A DNA stretch of 64,000 nt, taken from assembly GCA_964389905.1 (NCBI GenBank), contig CAYMGD010000005.1, positions 6,842 through 70,841 on the forward strand, written 5' to 3'. Each line of letters begins with the position of its first letter. Within the stretch, counting starts at the first letter, position 1. The notes beneath the pieces were generated by a model, which ran no database searches, was not told the DNA's origin, and worked only from the letters and a program-made list of their open reading frames with translations. This DNA comes from an uncultured Coprobacillus sp. (lineage in GTDB: Bacteria; Bacillota_I; Bacilli_A; ML615J-28; CAG-698). The translations under genes were made by a program, and so were the position numbers. Of the stretch, positions 50,923 to 59,901 are shown piece by piece.

Positions 50923-51405
50923 TATTTGTGAGAAGTTTATTATTTATCTTGTTAAGAGTTATCAATAATATTATTTTAAAATTATTATTAAAGAGATCAT
51001 ATTATGATTCCATTAAAGAATTTATTTTTAGTGTTTATAAGTCTAGTTTTAAAGTTTTTTCAATTCATGAATTATTTTTATATAACTAATTTACAATCAA
51101 TTTATGAGAAGATTAATTCTGTTTGGTTAATAACTATAAATGATCTTTTTTTAAATCACTTTTAGAAAAGATTATTTTTTATTATTATCCAATCATTAAT
51201 AAAATGTTAATAATTCTTATTACAAATCTATAAGTAATCGTATCAATAAAGAATTACTCAAAATATCAAATAAACAAAATTCTTATCTGAACTATAAGAA
51301 TTATTTAAAATGGATGAATTAAATATCATTTTATGAGAAGATTAATTATTATCTTGTTAAGAGTTATCAATAACATTCTTTTAAAAATATTTATTAGAAA
51401 GATTT
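50923..51405 (+). repeat. right block: repeat unit C plus the first ~70 nt of unit D, a direct repeat of 49590-50062
   Basis: Exact 14-mer at 51105 and 51334, and a variant TGAGAAGTTTATT at 50929. The offset from the left block is 1333-1336 bp. Confidence 0.9.
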
Positions 51406-51475
51406 AATTATTGAGTATTAAGAAAATTACTAATAATAGTTCTAATAAAGTCAATTTCAATTTGTTTTAATTTAT

Positions 51476-52060
51476 TAATTCTTTTTATAAGATGATTAAT
51501 TTTATTGGATTAAGAATCAATAAATAAACTTCATAAAAAATGTTTTAGAAAAATAATTTTATATCTATTCTCTTATATAAATTTTAAATACAGAAACTGA
51601 AATGAACCTAATTTATAGATGATTATTTTTTTAACATTTATTTTTTTAAGTTTGTAATTAGTTAATTTTATCAATTGATATTCTTCATCAGATTATGTAA
51701 TAAATGATTTACCTGATATAAAATTAATAAAGTTTTACAAGATGATTTATAATTTATTATTACAATTATTAATAAAATAAGATCTTTAAACAAAAATTTT
51801 AACCTCTTTTTTCATTTTTAATCTATTATTAATATTTTGTTTATAAATTAGTCATATAAAGTTTAAATCAATTGTAAAGTAAATTTAAGGATAATACTTA
51901 ATAAAGAAAATAATGAACTATAATCAATTTTATTATGATTAATTAAATTTATAAGATTTTTATAATAAATTAAGTTAACAATTGAAAAAAAAGAAATTTT
52001 ATAATTTTATTTTAAAATATAGTCACAGAAATAATTAAAAAGCCTCTCTAATGAGAAGCT
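51476..52060 (+). repeat. trail of degenerate head-motif copies (ATAAGATGATTAATT, ATAGATGATTATT, ACAAGATGATTTAT, ATAAGATTTTTAT, ATGAGAAGCTTAT)
   Basis: Read by eye at about 51486, 51613, 51737, 51950 and 52050, all on the '+' strand. Confidence 0.5.
52036..52060 (-). terminator. candidate terminator of the minus-strand hydrolase-deoB-xerD unit
   Basis: On the minus strand: AGCTTCTC-ATTA-GAGAGGCT followed by TTTTAATT. Confidence 0.45.
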
Positions 52061-52234
52061 TATGTAATTAATCATATTCATTTTATTTTGTTGAATACAA
52101 ATATTTTATGATAAAAATTGTAAAAATTTGTAATTTTTTTATTTATTATTCATCATTTTTACTGTTTTTTATCTAAAAATTAACGTTTTTTTATTATTTT
52201 TTTATTTAATTTAATAAATAAAATTATTATAAAG

Positions 52235-53146
52235 TTATTTTATATTGTTTATTAGAAGCCAATTTAATATATAATTATGTATTTCTTGTTTGTTTTTTTC
52301 TAATAAAATCTCATGTCTACAATCGTCAAATAGTTTTAAAGTAATATTTTGACGATGCATTTTCTTGCAAAGTTTCAATGTTCCTTTTCCCATTCCACCT
52401 ACAGGATCGCTTTTACCAGAAACAATTAGTATAGGTAAATCTTTAGGAGTTTTCTTGTAGTTTTTATTTAGTTTTTTAGTGCCTTTGAAGAAGTATTTAA
52501 AGTATGCTAGAGTGAATATTCCTCCGCAAAAGTCATCTGATATGTATTTGTCAACTTCTTCTTCATCACGATTTAACCAATCGTAAGGGGTTCTGTTTGG
52601 TTTGAAGTTTTTGTTGTAGGATCCAAATGTCATTTTATCAATTAGTTTACTACGATGTTTTCGACCTTTAAAGGCTATTAATATTGATGAAATGGCGCTT
52701 GCTAATGTAAGTAATAAATTAGAATTATATCCGCTCCCACAAAGTATTAATCCATCAATTTTGTTACCGTGAAGTTGAGAATATCTGTTTGAAACAAATG
52801 AACCCATACTATGAGCAAATATAATTATTTTTTTGTTTTCTTCATGTAATTTTACAAAATCAATCACGTAATCTAGATCTTTGACTAAATAATCAAAATT
52901 ATCTTCATCACCCATATAGCCATAGTTTTCTTTTCCATCAGTTGGAAAATGTCCACGATGACTATATGCGTATACTTTATAGCCTGAATTAATCAAATTA
53001 TTAGCAAATTCTTCATATCTTTCAATGTGTTCAGCCATACCATGAGCAATCACTACAACACTTTCATAATTTGTATTTTTTGATGCATATGTTAGTAATT
53101 TTTTACTATCAAAAGATGTTATAAACATTTTTGAAAAGTTTTCCAT
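52235..53146 (-). CDS. alpha/beta hydrolase (lysophospholipase/monoacylglycerol-lipase-like)
   Basis: HGMAEHIERY and nucleophile elbow AHSMGS. Length 303 aa. Confidence 0.75.
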   Translation of the reverse strand: MENFSKMFITSFDSKKLLTYASKNTNYESVVVIAHGMAEHIERYEEFANNLINSGYKVYAYSHRGHFPTDGKENYGYMGDEDNFDYLVKDLDYVIDFVKLHEENKKIIIFAHSMGSFVSNRYSQLHGNKIDGLILCGSGYNSNLLLTLASAISSILIAFKGRKHRSKLIDKMTFGSYNKNFKPNRTPYDWLNRDEEEVDKYISDDFCGGIFTLAYFKYFFKGTKKLNKNYKKTPKDLPILIVSGKSDPVGGMGKGTLKLCKKMHRQNITLKLFDDCRHEILLEKNKQEIHNYILNWLLINNIK

Positions 53147-53170
53147 GTTGTTTCTCCTTTGATTTTTTCG

Positions 53171-54373
53171 TTATTTTGTTATTTCTTTTAAAAAACTTAT
53201 TCCTATTCCAGTATTATTTAAATCAAAATTATCGCAAATCGTGGCTCCAATATCAGCAAAAGTTTCTCTTGTGCCTAAATTTATGCCCTTTAAGTTTTTG
53301 TTATATACTAGTAACGGCACATATTCTCTAGTGTGATCTGTTCCTGTATGAGTTGGATCGTTTCCATGGTCAGCACAAATAATTAATAAGTCATCATCAT
53401 TTATGTATTTAAGTAAATTATTTAAATCATTGTCGAACTCTTCCAAACATTCTGCGTATCCTAAACTGTTACGACGATGACCATATAAAGCATCAAAGTC
53501 AACCAAATTTACAAAACAAAGACCTTTGAAGTCACGCTTTTCTGCGATTTCAATTGTTTTTATCATTCCATCATGATTTGAAGTAATCTTTTGAGTTTCT
53601 GTTACACCTTCACCATCAAATATATCATTAATTTTTCCAATTGCTAGAACATCTAAATTATTACTTTTTAGTATATCTAAAGTTGTTTTACCAAATGGTT
53701 TAACAGCGTAATCATGTCTTCTTGGCGTTCTAGTGAAGTTTTCTGGTGTTGTTCCAACAAATGGTCTGGCAATTATTCTCCCTACCATCCAATCAGGATT
53801 TTCTAAAGTTATTTTTCGCGCTATTTCACAAACACGATATAACTCTGGTACTGAAATTACATCTTCGTTTGCGGCAAGTTGTAAAACAGAATCAGCGGAA
53901 GTATAAATTATGATTTTTTTAGTTTTTATATGTTCTGGTCCTAATTCTTTAATTATTTCTGTGCCACTTGCAGCATAATTTCCAATAAATTTATGTCCCG
54001 ATTCGTTTTCTAGCTTGGAAATTAATTCTTCAGGAAAACCATTTTCGGTAAATGAAGGAAATTTTTTGGTAACCCTTAAGCCCATTATCTCAAAATGTCC
54101 TGTTAATGTGTCTTTACCAACACTAATTTCATGGCATTTACCATATGAAGCAAGGGGATTTTCAATTGCTTCAGTATTGTTAATATCTGTAATATTTCCT
54201 ATACCTAATTTCTTTAAAGTTGGAATAGAAAAATTAGATTTACTGTAGCTCAAATGTTTTAAAGTGTTTACTCCTTTATCACCATATAAAGGACTATCTG
54301 GCATTTCTCCGCAGCCAACAGAATCTATTACAATACAAAATATTCGTTTAAAATTTATTTTATTAGAATTCAT
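53171..54373 (-). CDS. deoB: phosphopentomutase
   Basis: IVIDSVGCGEMPD, ADHGNDP and TDHTREYVPLL. xerD-deoB gene order as for B. subtilis ripX-drm. Confidence 0.9.
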   Translation of the reverse strand: MNSNKINFKRIFCIVIDSVGCGEMPDSPLYGDKGVNTLKHLSYSKSNFSIPTLKKLGIGNITDINNTEAIENPLASYGKCHEISVGKDTLTGHFEIMGLRVTKKFPSFTENGFPEELISKLENESGHKFIGNYAASGTEIIKELGPEHIKTKKIIIYTSADSVLQLAANEDVISVPELYRVCEIARKITLENPDWMVGRIIARPFVGTTPENFTRTPRRHDYAVKPFGKTTLDILKSNNLDVLAIGKINDIFDGEGVTETQKITSNHDGMIKTIEIAEKRDFKGLCFVNLVDFDALYGHRRNSLGYAECLEEFDNDLNNLLKYINDDDLLIICADHGNDPTHTGTDHTREYVPLLVYNKNLKGINLGTRETFADIGATICDNFDLNNTGIGISFLKEITK

Positions 54374-54387
54374 TTTTATTTTCTCCT

Positions 54388-55290
54388 TTAATTTTTCTTA
54401 TTTGCATGAGGATGAGATTGTTCAAAAACCTCACGTATTTTGGCACTATTAATATGAGTATATATTTCGGTTGTGGAAATATCGGCATGGCCTAAAAGTT
54501 CCTGAATCAAACGTAAATCTAAGCCTCTTTCTAGCAAGTGAGTAGCAAAAGAATGTCTTAATTTATGTGGTGAAATTGGTTTTTGAATTCCAGCAGCTTT
54601 TGCTTTTTCCTTTATAACAATGAAAAACATTTGTCTTGTCATTTGTTCACCATTATGATTCAAAAACAAAAAATCATTAGGGCGAGGACTAGCAAGTTTA
54701 GGCCTTCCAAGTTCTAAATATTTTTTTATTAGTTCAATAGCTTTTGCACCAACTGGAACAATTCGTTCTTTGCTGCCTTTACCAACAACATCAATTATTC
54801 CCATTTGTAAATGAACGGAAGACAATTTTAAATTTATTAGTTCACTGACACGTAATCCACATGAATAAGTAAGTTCAACCATTGTTTTATTACGAAGTTC
54901 AATCGGTGTATCTTCGGTGAATGTTGCTAATAAATTATCAACTTCTTCTAGCGATAAAACCACAGGAAGTTTCTTTTCTTTTTTAGGATTAGTAATCAGT
55001 TTTGCAACATTTTGTTCAGTATAATGAAATTTAACTAAAAATGTATGAAATGATTTAATCGATGAAAGTTTTCGTGACAAACTGCTAGAAGAAAGGTTTT
55101 TTCGTTTAAGTGTTGCAAGATACGCTCTAATATCATTTACAGTTATATCTTGAGGCATTTTACAACTACGATATTTGCTTAAATAATTTAAATAATCTGA
55201 TATATCTTTTAAGTAATTATCACAAGTGTTTTTACTTAAACCTAGTTCAGTTGTTATATACATTTCATATTCAATCAAAAAATTATTCAT
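54388..55290 (-). CDS. xerD: tyrosine site-specific recombinase XerD
   Basis: Catalytic residues lie in CGLRVSEL, LRHSFATHLLE and LGHADISTTEIYTH. Lies ~4 kb from the dif site. Confidence 0.85.
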   Translation of the reverse strand: MNNFLIEYEMYITTELGLSKNTCDNYLKDISDYLNYLSKYRSCKMPQDITVNDIRAYLATLKRKNLSSSSLSRKLSSIKSFHTFLVKFHYTEQNVAKLITNPKKEKKLPVVLSLEEVDNLLATFTEDTPIELRNKTMVELTYSCGLRVSELINLKLSSVHLQMGIIDVVGKGSKERIVPVGAKAIELIKKYLELGRPKLASPRPNDFLFLNHNGEQMTRQMFFIVIKEKAKAAGIQKPISPHKLRHSFATHLLERGLDLRLIQELLGHADISTTEIYTHINSAKIREVFEQSHPHANKKN

Positions 55291-55319
55291 TGTTTTTCTC
55301 CTTTCTTAAATAAGTCTAA

Positions 55320-56444
55320 TTAGTCTAATAAATCTACAATGATACTATTAGAAATATATAATCTTTGAGGATTAATTCTTAAAATATTATTTTCTAATAT
55401 TAAATTGCCATTATTTATGTTTTTTTCTAAGTTTTTGAATTCAAAAATAGATTTATTGAATTTTTTTTCAAACTCCTTTATATCAATACCTTTAATAGTA
55501 CGTAGTTTCAACATTATCTCATTAAATATATTATCTTCATATGATACTTTTTCTTCTTCAAGATAAATAAGTTTATTTTCATCTATTCCTTGATAATATT
55601 TGTTTAAATTATTGATATTAGTATAACGAACATTATCAATGTAATAACTTGCCCCTGCACCACATGCTATATAATTTTCATTCATCCAATAAGTGTAATT
55701 ATGTTTGCTTTCTTTTCCCGAAAGAGCATAATTACTAACTTCATAGTGAATAAAATTATTATTTTCTAAATATGATGTTATATAATCATATATTAAAGCT
55801 TCATCATCATCTGATAAAGGTTTATAATTAAATTCTTGAATCATATGATTTAAGATTGTTTTTTCCTCAACAATCAAAGTATAACAAGAAATATGAGGAA
55901 TATGTAGTTCTAAAAGTATTTCTAAATCTTTTTTTATTAACTCTTTAGTATCAGTTGACAAACCATAAATAATATCACAATTAATATTATCAATATTGTT
56001 ATCTTGAAGTATTTTAATAGCTTTAATAATATCTTTATCAGTATGATTTCTTCTAAGAGTTTTAAGCTTTTCATTATTGAAAGATTGTACACCTAAACTA
56101 ATACGATTGACATTGTATTTTTTTAATAAACTTATTAAATCAAAATTAATATCTTTAGGATTACATTCAAAAGTAAATTCTTTTATACTATTTAAATCTA
56201 TTAATTCATTAAGTTTTTCAAATAATTTCTGTAAATCATTTAAACTAACTCTTGATGGTGTACCACCGCCTACATAAATTGTTTCTAAAGCACTAAAATA
56301 TTGTTTTTTCATCTCTAGTTCTTCAATCAAATAATTCATGTATTTATTTATTTCTTTTTCTTTGGCTATCATTTTATAAAAATCACAATAAATACAAATA
56401 TGGTCGCAAAAAGGAATATGGATATACAATGCTTTGACACTCAT
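55320..56444 (-). CDS. hemW: radical SAM heme chaperone HemW (HemN-like)
   Basis: CDHICIYCDF (CxxxCxxC). Lies downstream of lepA, as in B. subtilis. Confidence 0.85.
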   Translation of the reverse strand: MSVKALYIHIPFCDHICIYCDFYKMIAKEKEINKYMNYLIEELEMKKQYFSALETIYVGGGTPSRVSLNDLQKLFEKLNELIDLNSIKEFTFECNPKDINFDLISLLKKYNVNRISLGVQSFNNEKLKTLRRNHTDKDIIKAIKILQDNNIDNINCDIIYGLSTDTKELIKKDLEILLELHIPHISCYTLIVEEKTILNHMIQEFNYKPLSDDDEALIYDYITSYLENNNFIHYEVSNYALSGKESKHNYTYWMNENYIACGAGASYYIDNVRYTNINNLNKYYQGIDENKLIYLEEEKVSYEDNIFNEIMLKLRTIKGIDIKEFEKKFNKSIFEFKNLEKNINNGNLILENNILRINPQRLYISNSIIVDLLD

Positions 56445-56571
56445 TAGTTAATCACCTTATAATAAAATTATAATATTTATTTATTTTATAGTCAAATAAA
56501 AGATTTAATAAATTTAACTTTTTTTGTTTAAAAATGCTTTAATTTGAAATTTTTTATAAAAAAGTATATTT

Positions 56572-56600
56572 AAAATCGATTTCTGAGAAGATTAATTTTT
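56572..56600 (+). repeat. isolated copy of the terminus-array head motif (AAAATCGATTTCTGAGAAGATTAATT)
   Basis: Exact TGAGAAGATTAATT at 56584-56597, on the same strand as the array. Confidence 0.85.
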
Positions 56601-56630
56601 ATACAATAAACTTTTATTAATTAAATTCAT

Positions 56631-56664
56631 AAAAAAACTTACTCGAAATCGAATAAGTTTTTTA
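56631..56664 (-). terminator. terminator hairpin, copy 1 of a duplicated 30-nt element
   Basis: AAAAAACTTACTCGAAATCGAATAAGTTTT. On the minus strand the hairpin is followed by a T-run. Confidence 0.6.
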
Positions 56665-56703
56665 TAAAATCACTTAATTATGCTTTTATTCTTGTTACAA
56701 TAT

Positions 56704-56947
56704 TTATTCTTCAAAATTAATATGAATTATTATCGTTACATTAGGATTTATTATATATGTTCCAGTTAGTGTAGCAGTTCCTACTCCACTTGTTGTTAGA
56801 AAGCCATAATCATACATTGTAACTACTATAATTCATCCACATTCATTTCTAAATTTGTTTCACTTGCAAACACTAATGTATTAGCATTACAAAAAATAAT
56901 ACTAATGATGAAACTAAAGTAATGCGTTTTATTATTTTATTAATCAT
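56704..56947 (-). pseudogene. possible decayed small secreted-protein gene
   Basis: Signal-peptide-like MINKIIKRITLVSSLVLFFVMLIH* is followed in other frames by VFASETNLEMNVDEL* and MYDYGFLTTSGVGTATLTGTYIINPNVTIIIHINFEE*. Confidence 0.3.
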
Positions 56948-56956
56948 TCAAACCTA

Positions 56957-57550
56957 CTATTTTTCCCATTGTTCATGAATATCCTTTATTAAATTAATAT
57001 CTTCAACATTTAAAATTTCTTTTTTCATTATAGTCTCTACATCATACGAATTATCAAAAGAATAAAACGAATGTTCGTGCCATAATAATATTTCAAAATC
57101 TGAAGGATAATAGAAATTAATACCTTCTACATTAATATTTTTTTCAACATCGCCTGGTAATAAAATAAACATTACAACAGCTTTATTATAAATACCATAG
57201 CATCTAGCATTGGGATAAATTACATATCCATACTTTCCTTTATGTTCATAACTATTAAAATCTTCTATAATTGTTTTTTCAATTTCTTTCGTAAGTATAA
57301 CCTTATTAATTTGAGTCTCAACTTCTTCAATTATTTTGTTTTTTTCTTCTTTGACATTTTTTATTTTATCTACTGAATCAATTAAATTGGTTACATATTT
57401 CATATCATTTTTAATTAACTCCGATTTAGATAAATTATTAACATATTGTGTTAATTCATTTTTAATATTATCATTTTCTTGATTTCCATCACACCCAATT
57501 AGACACATTATTAAAATTAAACACATAAAAACAACAAATATCTTTTTCAT
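56957..57550 (-). CDS. lipoprotein, hypothetical
   Basis: Lipobox CLIGC after a signal peptide. Inserted between lepA and hemW. Confidence 0.6.
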   Translation of the reverse strand: MKKIFVVFMCLILIMCLIGCDGNQENDNIKNELTQYVNNLSKSELIKNDMKYVTNLIDSVDKIKNVKEEKNKIIEEVETQINKVILTKEIEKTIIEDFNSYEHKGKYGYVIYPNARCYGIYNKAVVMFILLPGDVEKNINVEGINFYYPSDFEILLWHEHSFYSFDNSYDVETIMKKEILNVEDINLIKDIHEQWEK

Positions 57551-57852
57551 TTTCCTTCACTCCTTTCCAAATTAATTCTTTCTTAATACTCAAAGATAAT
57601 CACCATATTAATTAAATAAGTCTTTTTCATGTATAACTCCTCCTATTATTATATTATATGTTCTTAATACAAAAAACTCACATTTTGAAAAGAGTTCAAT
57701 AAATGTCTTTAAAGTTAAAATATTCATATTATAGTCTAATTATTGTAGCCACCTTAGAATATAAATTTTCCATACAATTAAATTATACCAAATGCTATTA
57801 TTTATGTCAACGTTTTTATTTTTTTATCAATTTTTAATAATTCTTTATAAAG

Positions 57853-57884
57853 CAAAAAACTTACTCGAAATCGAATAAGTTTTC
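57853..57884 (-). terminator. lepA terminator, copy 2 of the duplicated 30-nt element
   Basis: Same 30-mer as 56632-56661. On the minus strand the hairpin is followed by TTTTTT. Confidence 0.7.
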
Positions 57885-57920
57885 TTAAGTTACAGAAAAT
57901 GTGCTTTTCTAGAAAGTAAA

Positions 57921-59735
57921 TTAATCATCTATATCTAATACAGCTAAGAATGCTGATTGAGGGATATCAACATTACCAACAGCTTTCATTCTTTTTTTAC
58001 CTGCTCTTTGCTTTTCAAGAAGCTTCTTCTTACGAGATATATCTCCGCCATAGCATTTCGCAAGAACATCTTTTCTTAAAGCTTTAACATTTGTTCTTGC
58101 AATTATCTTTCCACCGATTGCTGCTTGAATTGCAACTTCAAACATTTGTCTTGGAATTAGTTCTTTTAGTTTACTTGTGATTTGGCAACCACGTCTGTAT
58201 GCGTTGTCACGATGAACAATACAGCTAAGAGCATCAACTCTTTCACCAGCTACTAAAATATCCATTTTAACAAGATTGGAAGCTTTATATTCAGATAATT
58301 GATAATCAAATGAAGCATAACCACGAGTTTGAGATTTTAGTTTATCGAAGAAATCAAAAATAACTTCGGATAGTGGTAATTCATACTCTAAGGTTACTCG
58401 ATTAGTATCGATATATTCCATTGTTTTGTATCGTCCTCTTTTGCCTTGGCATAATTCCATAATTGGGCCAATGTATTCTGAAGGTGTCATAATTGTTGCA
58501 TTAACATATGGTTCTTCGATGAATTTTATTTCACTTGGATCAGGCATAAAAGCTGGGTTATCGACCATTTTTTCTGTTCCATTTGTAAGTATTACTTTAT
58601 AACTTACACTTGGACAAGTAGCAATTAAGTCAAGTTTAAATTCTCTTTCAATTCTTTCTTGAATTACATCCATATGAAGTAATCCTAAAAATCCTACTCT
58701 AAAACCAAAGCCTAAAGCTTGGGAATTTTCAGGTTCAAAGACTAAAGAGGCGTCGTTTAGTTTTAGTTTTTCCAAAGCTTCTTTTAATTCGCTATATTTG
58801 GCATTGTCAATTGGATACATCCCGCAAAATACCATTGGATTAAGTTTGCGATATCCAGGCAAAGGATTACTTGCTGGTTTATCAACATAAGTTATTGTAT
58901 CACCAACTCTAATAAAGCTGATATCTTTTATTGACGCGGAAAGAAAACCTACATCACCAGGTTTTAAAGAATCTTTGATTATTTCTTTTGGAGTATATGT
59001 ACCAACCTCAATAACTTCAAAAGTTGTATTTGTGCTCATTGTTTTAAGCATATCACCTTTTTTTATTGTACCATTAATAACTCTTATTAGAGGTATTACC
59101 CCGCGATATGAGTCATAATACGAATCAAATATTAAAGCTTGCAAAGGTTCATTTTCATCGCCATTTGGAGAAGGAATAACTTTTATTATTCGTTCTAAGA
59201 TTTGGTCAACGCCAACTCCTGTTTTAGCGCTACATAAAATAGCATCCTTAGCATCAATTCCAATGACATTCTCGATTTCTTCTTTAACCATTTCAGGATC
59301 TGCGCTTGGCAAATCTATTTTATTAATAACTGGTATTATTTCTAAATTATTGTCTAAAGCTAAATAAACATTAGCCAGAGTTTGAGCTTCTATTCCTTGA
59401 GTAGCATCTATAACTAGAATTGCTCCTTCACAGGCAGCAAGAGAACGTGAAACCTCATATGTGAAGTCAACATGCCCTGGAGTATCAATAAGATGAAAAA
59501 CATAATCTTCACCAGCATGCGACTTATAATTAAGTTCCACAGCATTAAGTTTAATCGTAATCCCTCTTTCACGTTCTAAATCCATTGAATCAAGGATTTG
59601 ACTCTTCATTTCTCGCTCTTCAACAGCTCCCGTTAGCTGCAAAATTCTATCAGCAAGAGTACTTTTCCCATGGTCAATATGAGCAATAATCGAAAAGTTA
59701 CGAATATTTTTTTGTATATTATTATTTTTATTCAT
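57921..59735 (-). CDS. lepA: translation elongation factor 4 (LepA)
   Basis: [22 protein letters not shown] and NKIDL. Start moved to MNKNNN..., behind GTGGAG. Confidence 0.95.
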   Translation of the reverse strand: MNKNNNIQKNIRNFSIIAHIDHGKSTLADRILQLTGAVEEREMKSQILDSMDLERERGITIKLNAVELNYKSHAGEDYVFHLIDTPGHVDFTYEVSRSLAACEGAILVIDATQGIEAQTLANVYLALDNNLEIIPVINKIDLPSADPEMVKEEIENVIGIDAKDAILCSAKTGVGVDQILERIIKVIPSPNGDENEPLQALIFDSYYDSYRGVIPLIRVINGTIKKGDMLKTMSTNTTFEVIEVGTYTPKEIIKDSLKPGDVGFLSASIKDISFIRVGDTITYVDKPASNPLPGYRKLNPMVFCGMYPIDNAKYSELKEALEKLKLNDASLVFEPENSQALGFGFRVGFLGLLHMDVIQERIEREFKLDLIATCPSVSYKVILTNGTEKMVDNPAFMPDPSEIKFIEEPYVNATIMTPSEYIGPIMELCQGKRGRYKTMEYIDTNRVTLEYELPLSEVIFDFFDKLKSQTRGYASFDYQLSEYKASNLVKMDILVAGERVDALSCIVHRDNAYRRGCQITSKLKELIPRQMFEVAIQAAIGGKIIARTNVKALRKDVLAKCYGGDISRKKKLLEKQRAGKKRMKAVGNVDIPQSAFLAVLDIDD

Positions 59736-59901
59736 ATAAACTCCACTAATTAACATTTTATCTAAAATATTATATCATGTTTTAAAAAAAATAAAAAGAA
59801 ATTTTTGACTTTGAAAAAGAAAATTGTTATTTTTTATTAACATTTTATAATTAATATGATAAAATATTTTATTGAAATTAATCGTCTTATATGAGGTCTA
59901 T

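Larger units (their letters stand above)
49454..52234. other. 2.8-kb ORF-poor, extremely AT-rich gap at a convergent gene-orientation switch (candidate replication terminus region)
   Basis: Nearly all genes from 1 to 49453 are on '+', and genes from 52235 to 59735 are on '-'. The only track ORF in the gap lies inside a repeat. Confidence 0.7.

Noticed and set aside
50880-51089. 69-aa track ORF (MRLIYLILLHLLKF...), and the related 44-codon frame starting at ATG 49595, as small hydrophobic peptide or toxin genes
   Set aside because: They lie entirely inside repeat sub-module 1 and have no Shine-Dalgarno sequence. The start codon is ATG, GTG, CTG or ATA in different copies, and the frame is truncated after 11 codons in unit B. 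The conservation looks nucleotide-level rather than coding.
49596-51347. The GAGAAG core as an FtsK/SpoIIIE-orienting polar sequence (B. subtilis SRS is GAGAAGGG as I recall)
   Set aside because: KOPS/SRS motifs must invert their strand at dif. Here every copy is on the '+' strand on both sides of dif. The resemblance is limited to 6 nt.
51916-51943. Second, degenerate dif-like site (AACTATAATCA-ATTTTA-TTATGATTAAT), and another TTATGTAATAA arm near 51690, as possible IMEX attachment scars
   Set aside because: Only the XerD-like arm matches (9/11). The XerC-arm alignment is about 5/11, or requires a 9-nt central region. Such matches are expected by chance in DNA this AT-rich.
49454-52234. CRISPR array
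   Set aside because: The repeats are not evenly spaced short units separated by unique spacers. Spacing is irregular (~60, ~170, ~175 nt) and the 'spacers' are themselves repeated. No cas genes are in the window.
53131-54452. Small '+' strand ORFs 53131..53331, 54015..54248 and 54264..54452
   Set aside because: They are antisense to deoB/xerD or span their junctions. The translations are low-complexity.
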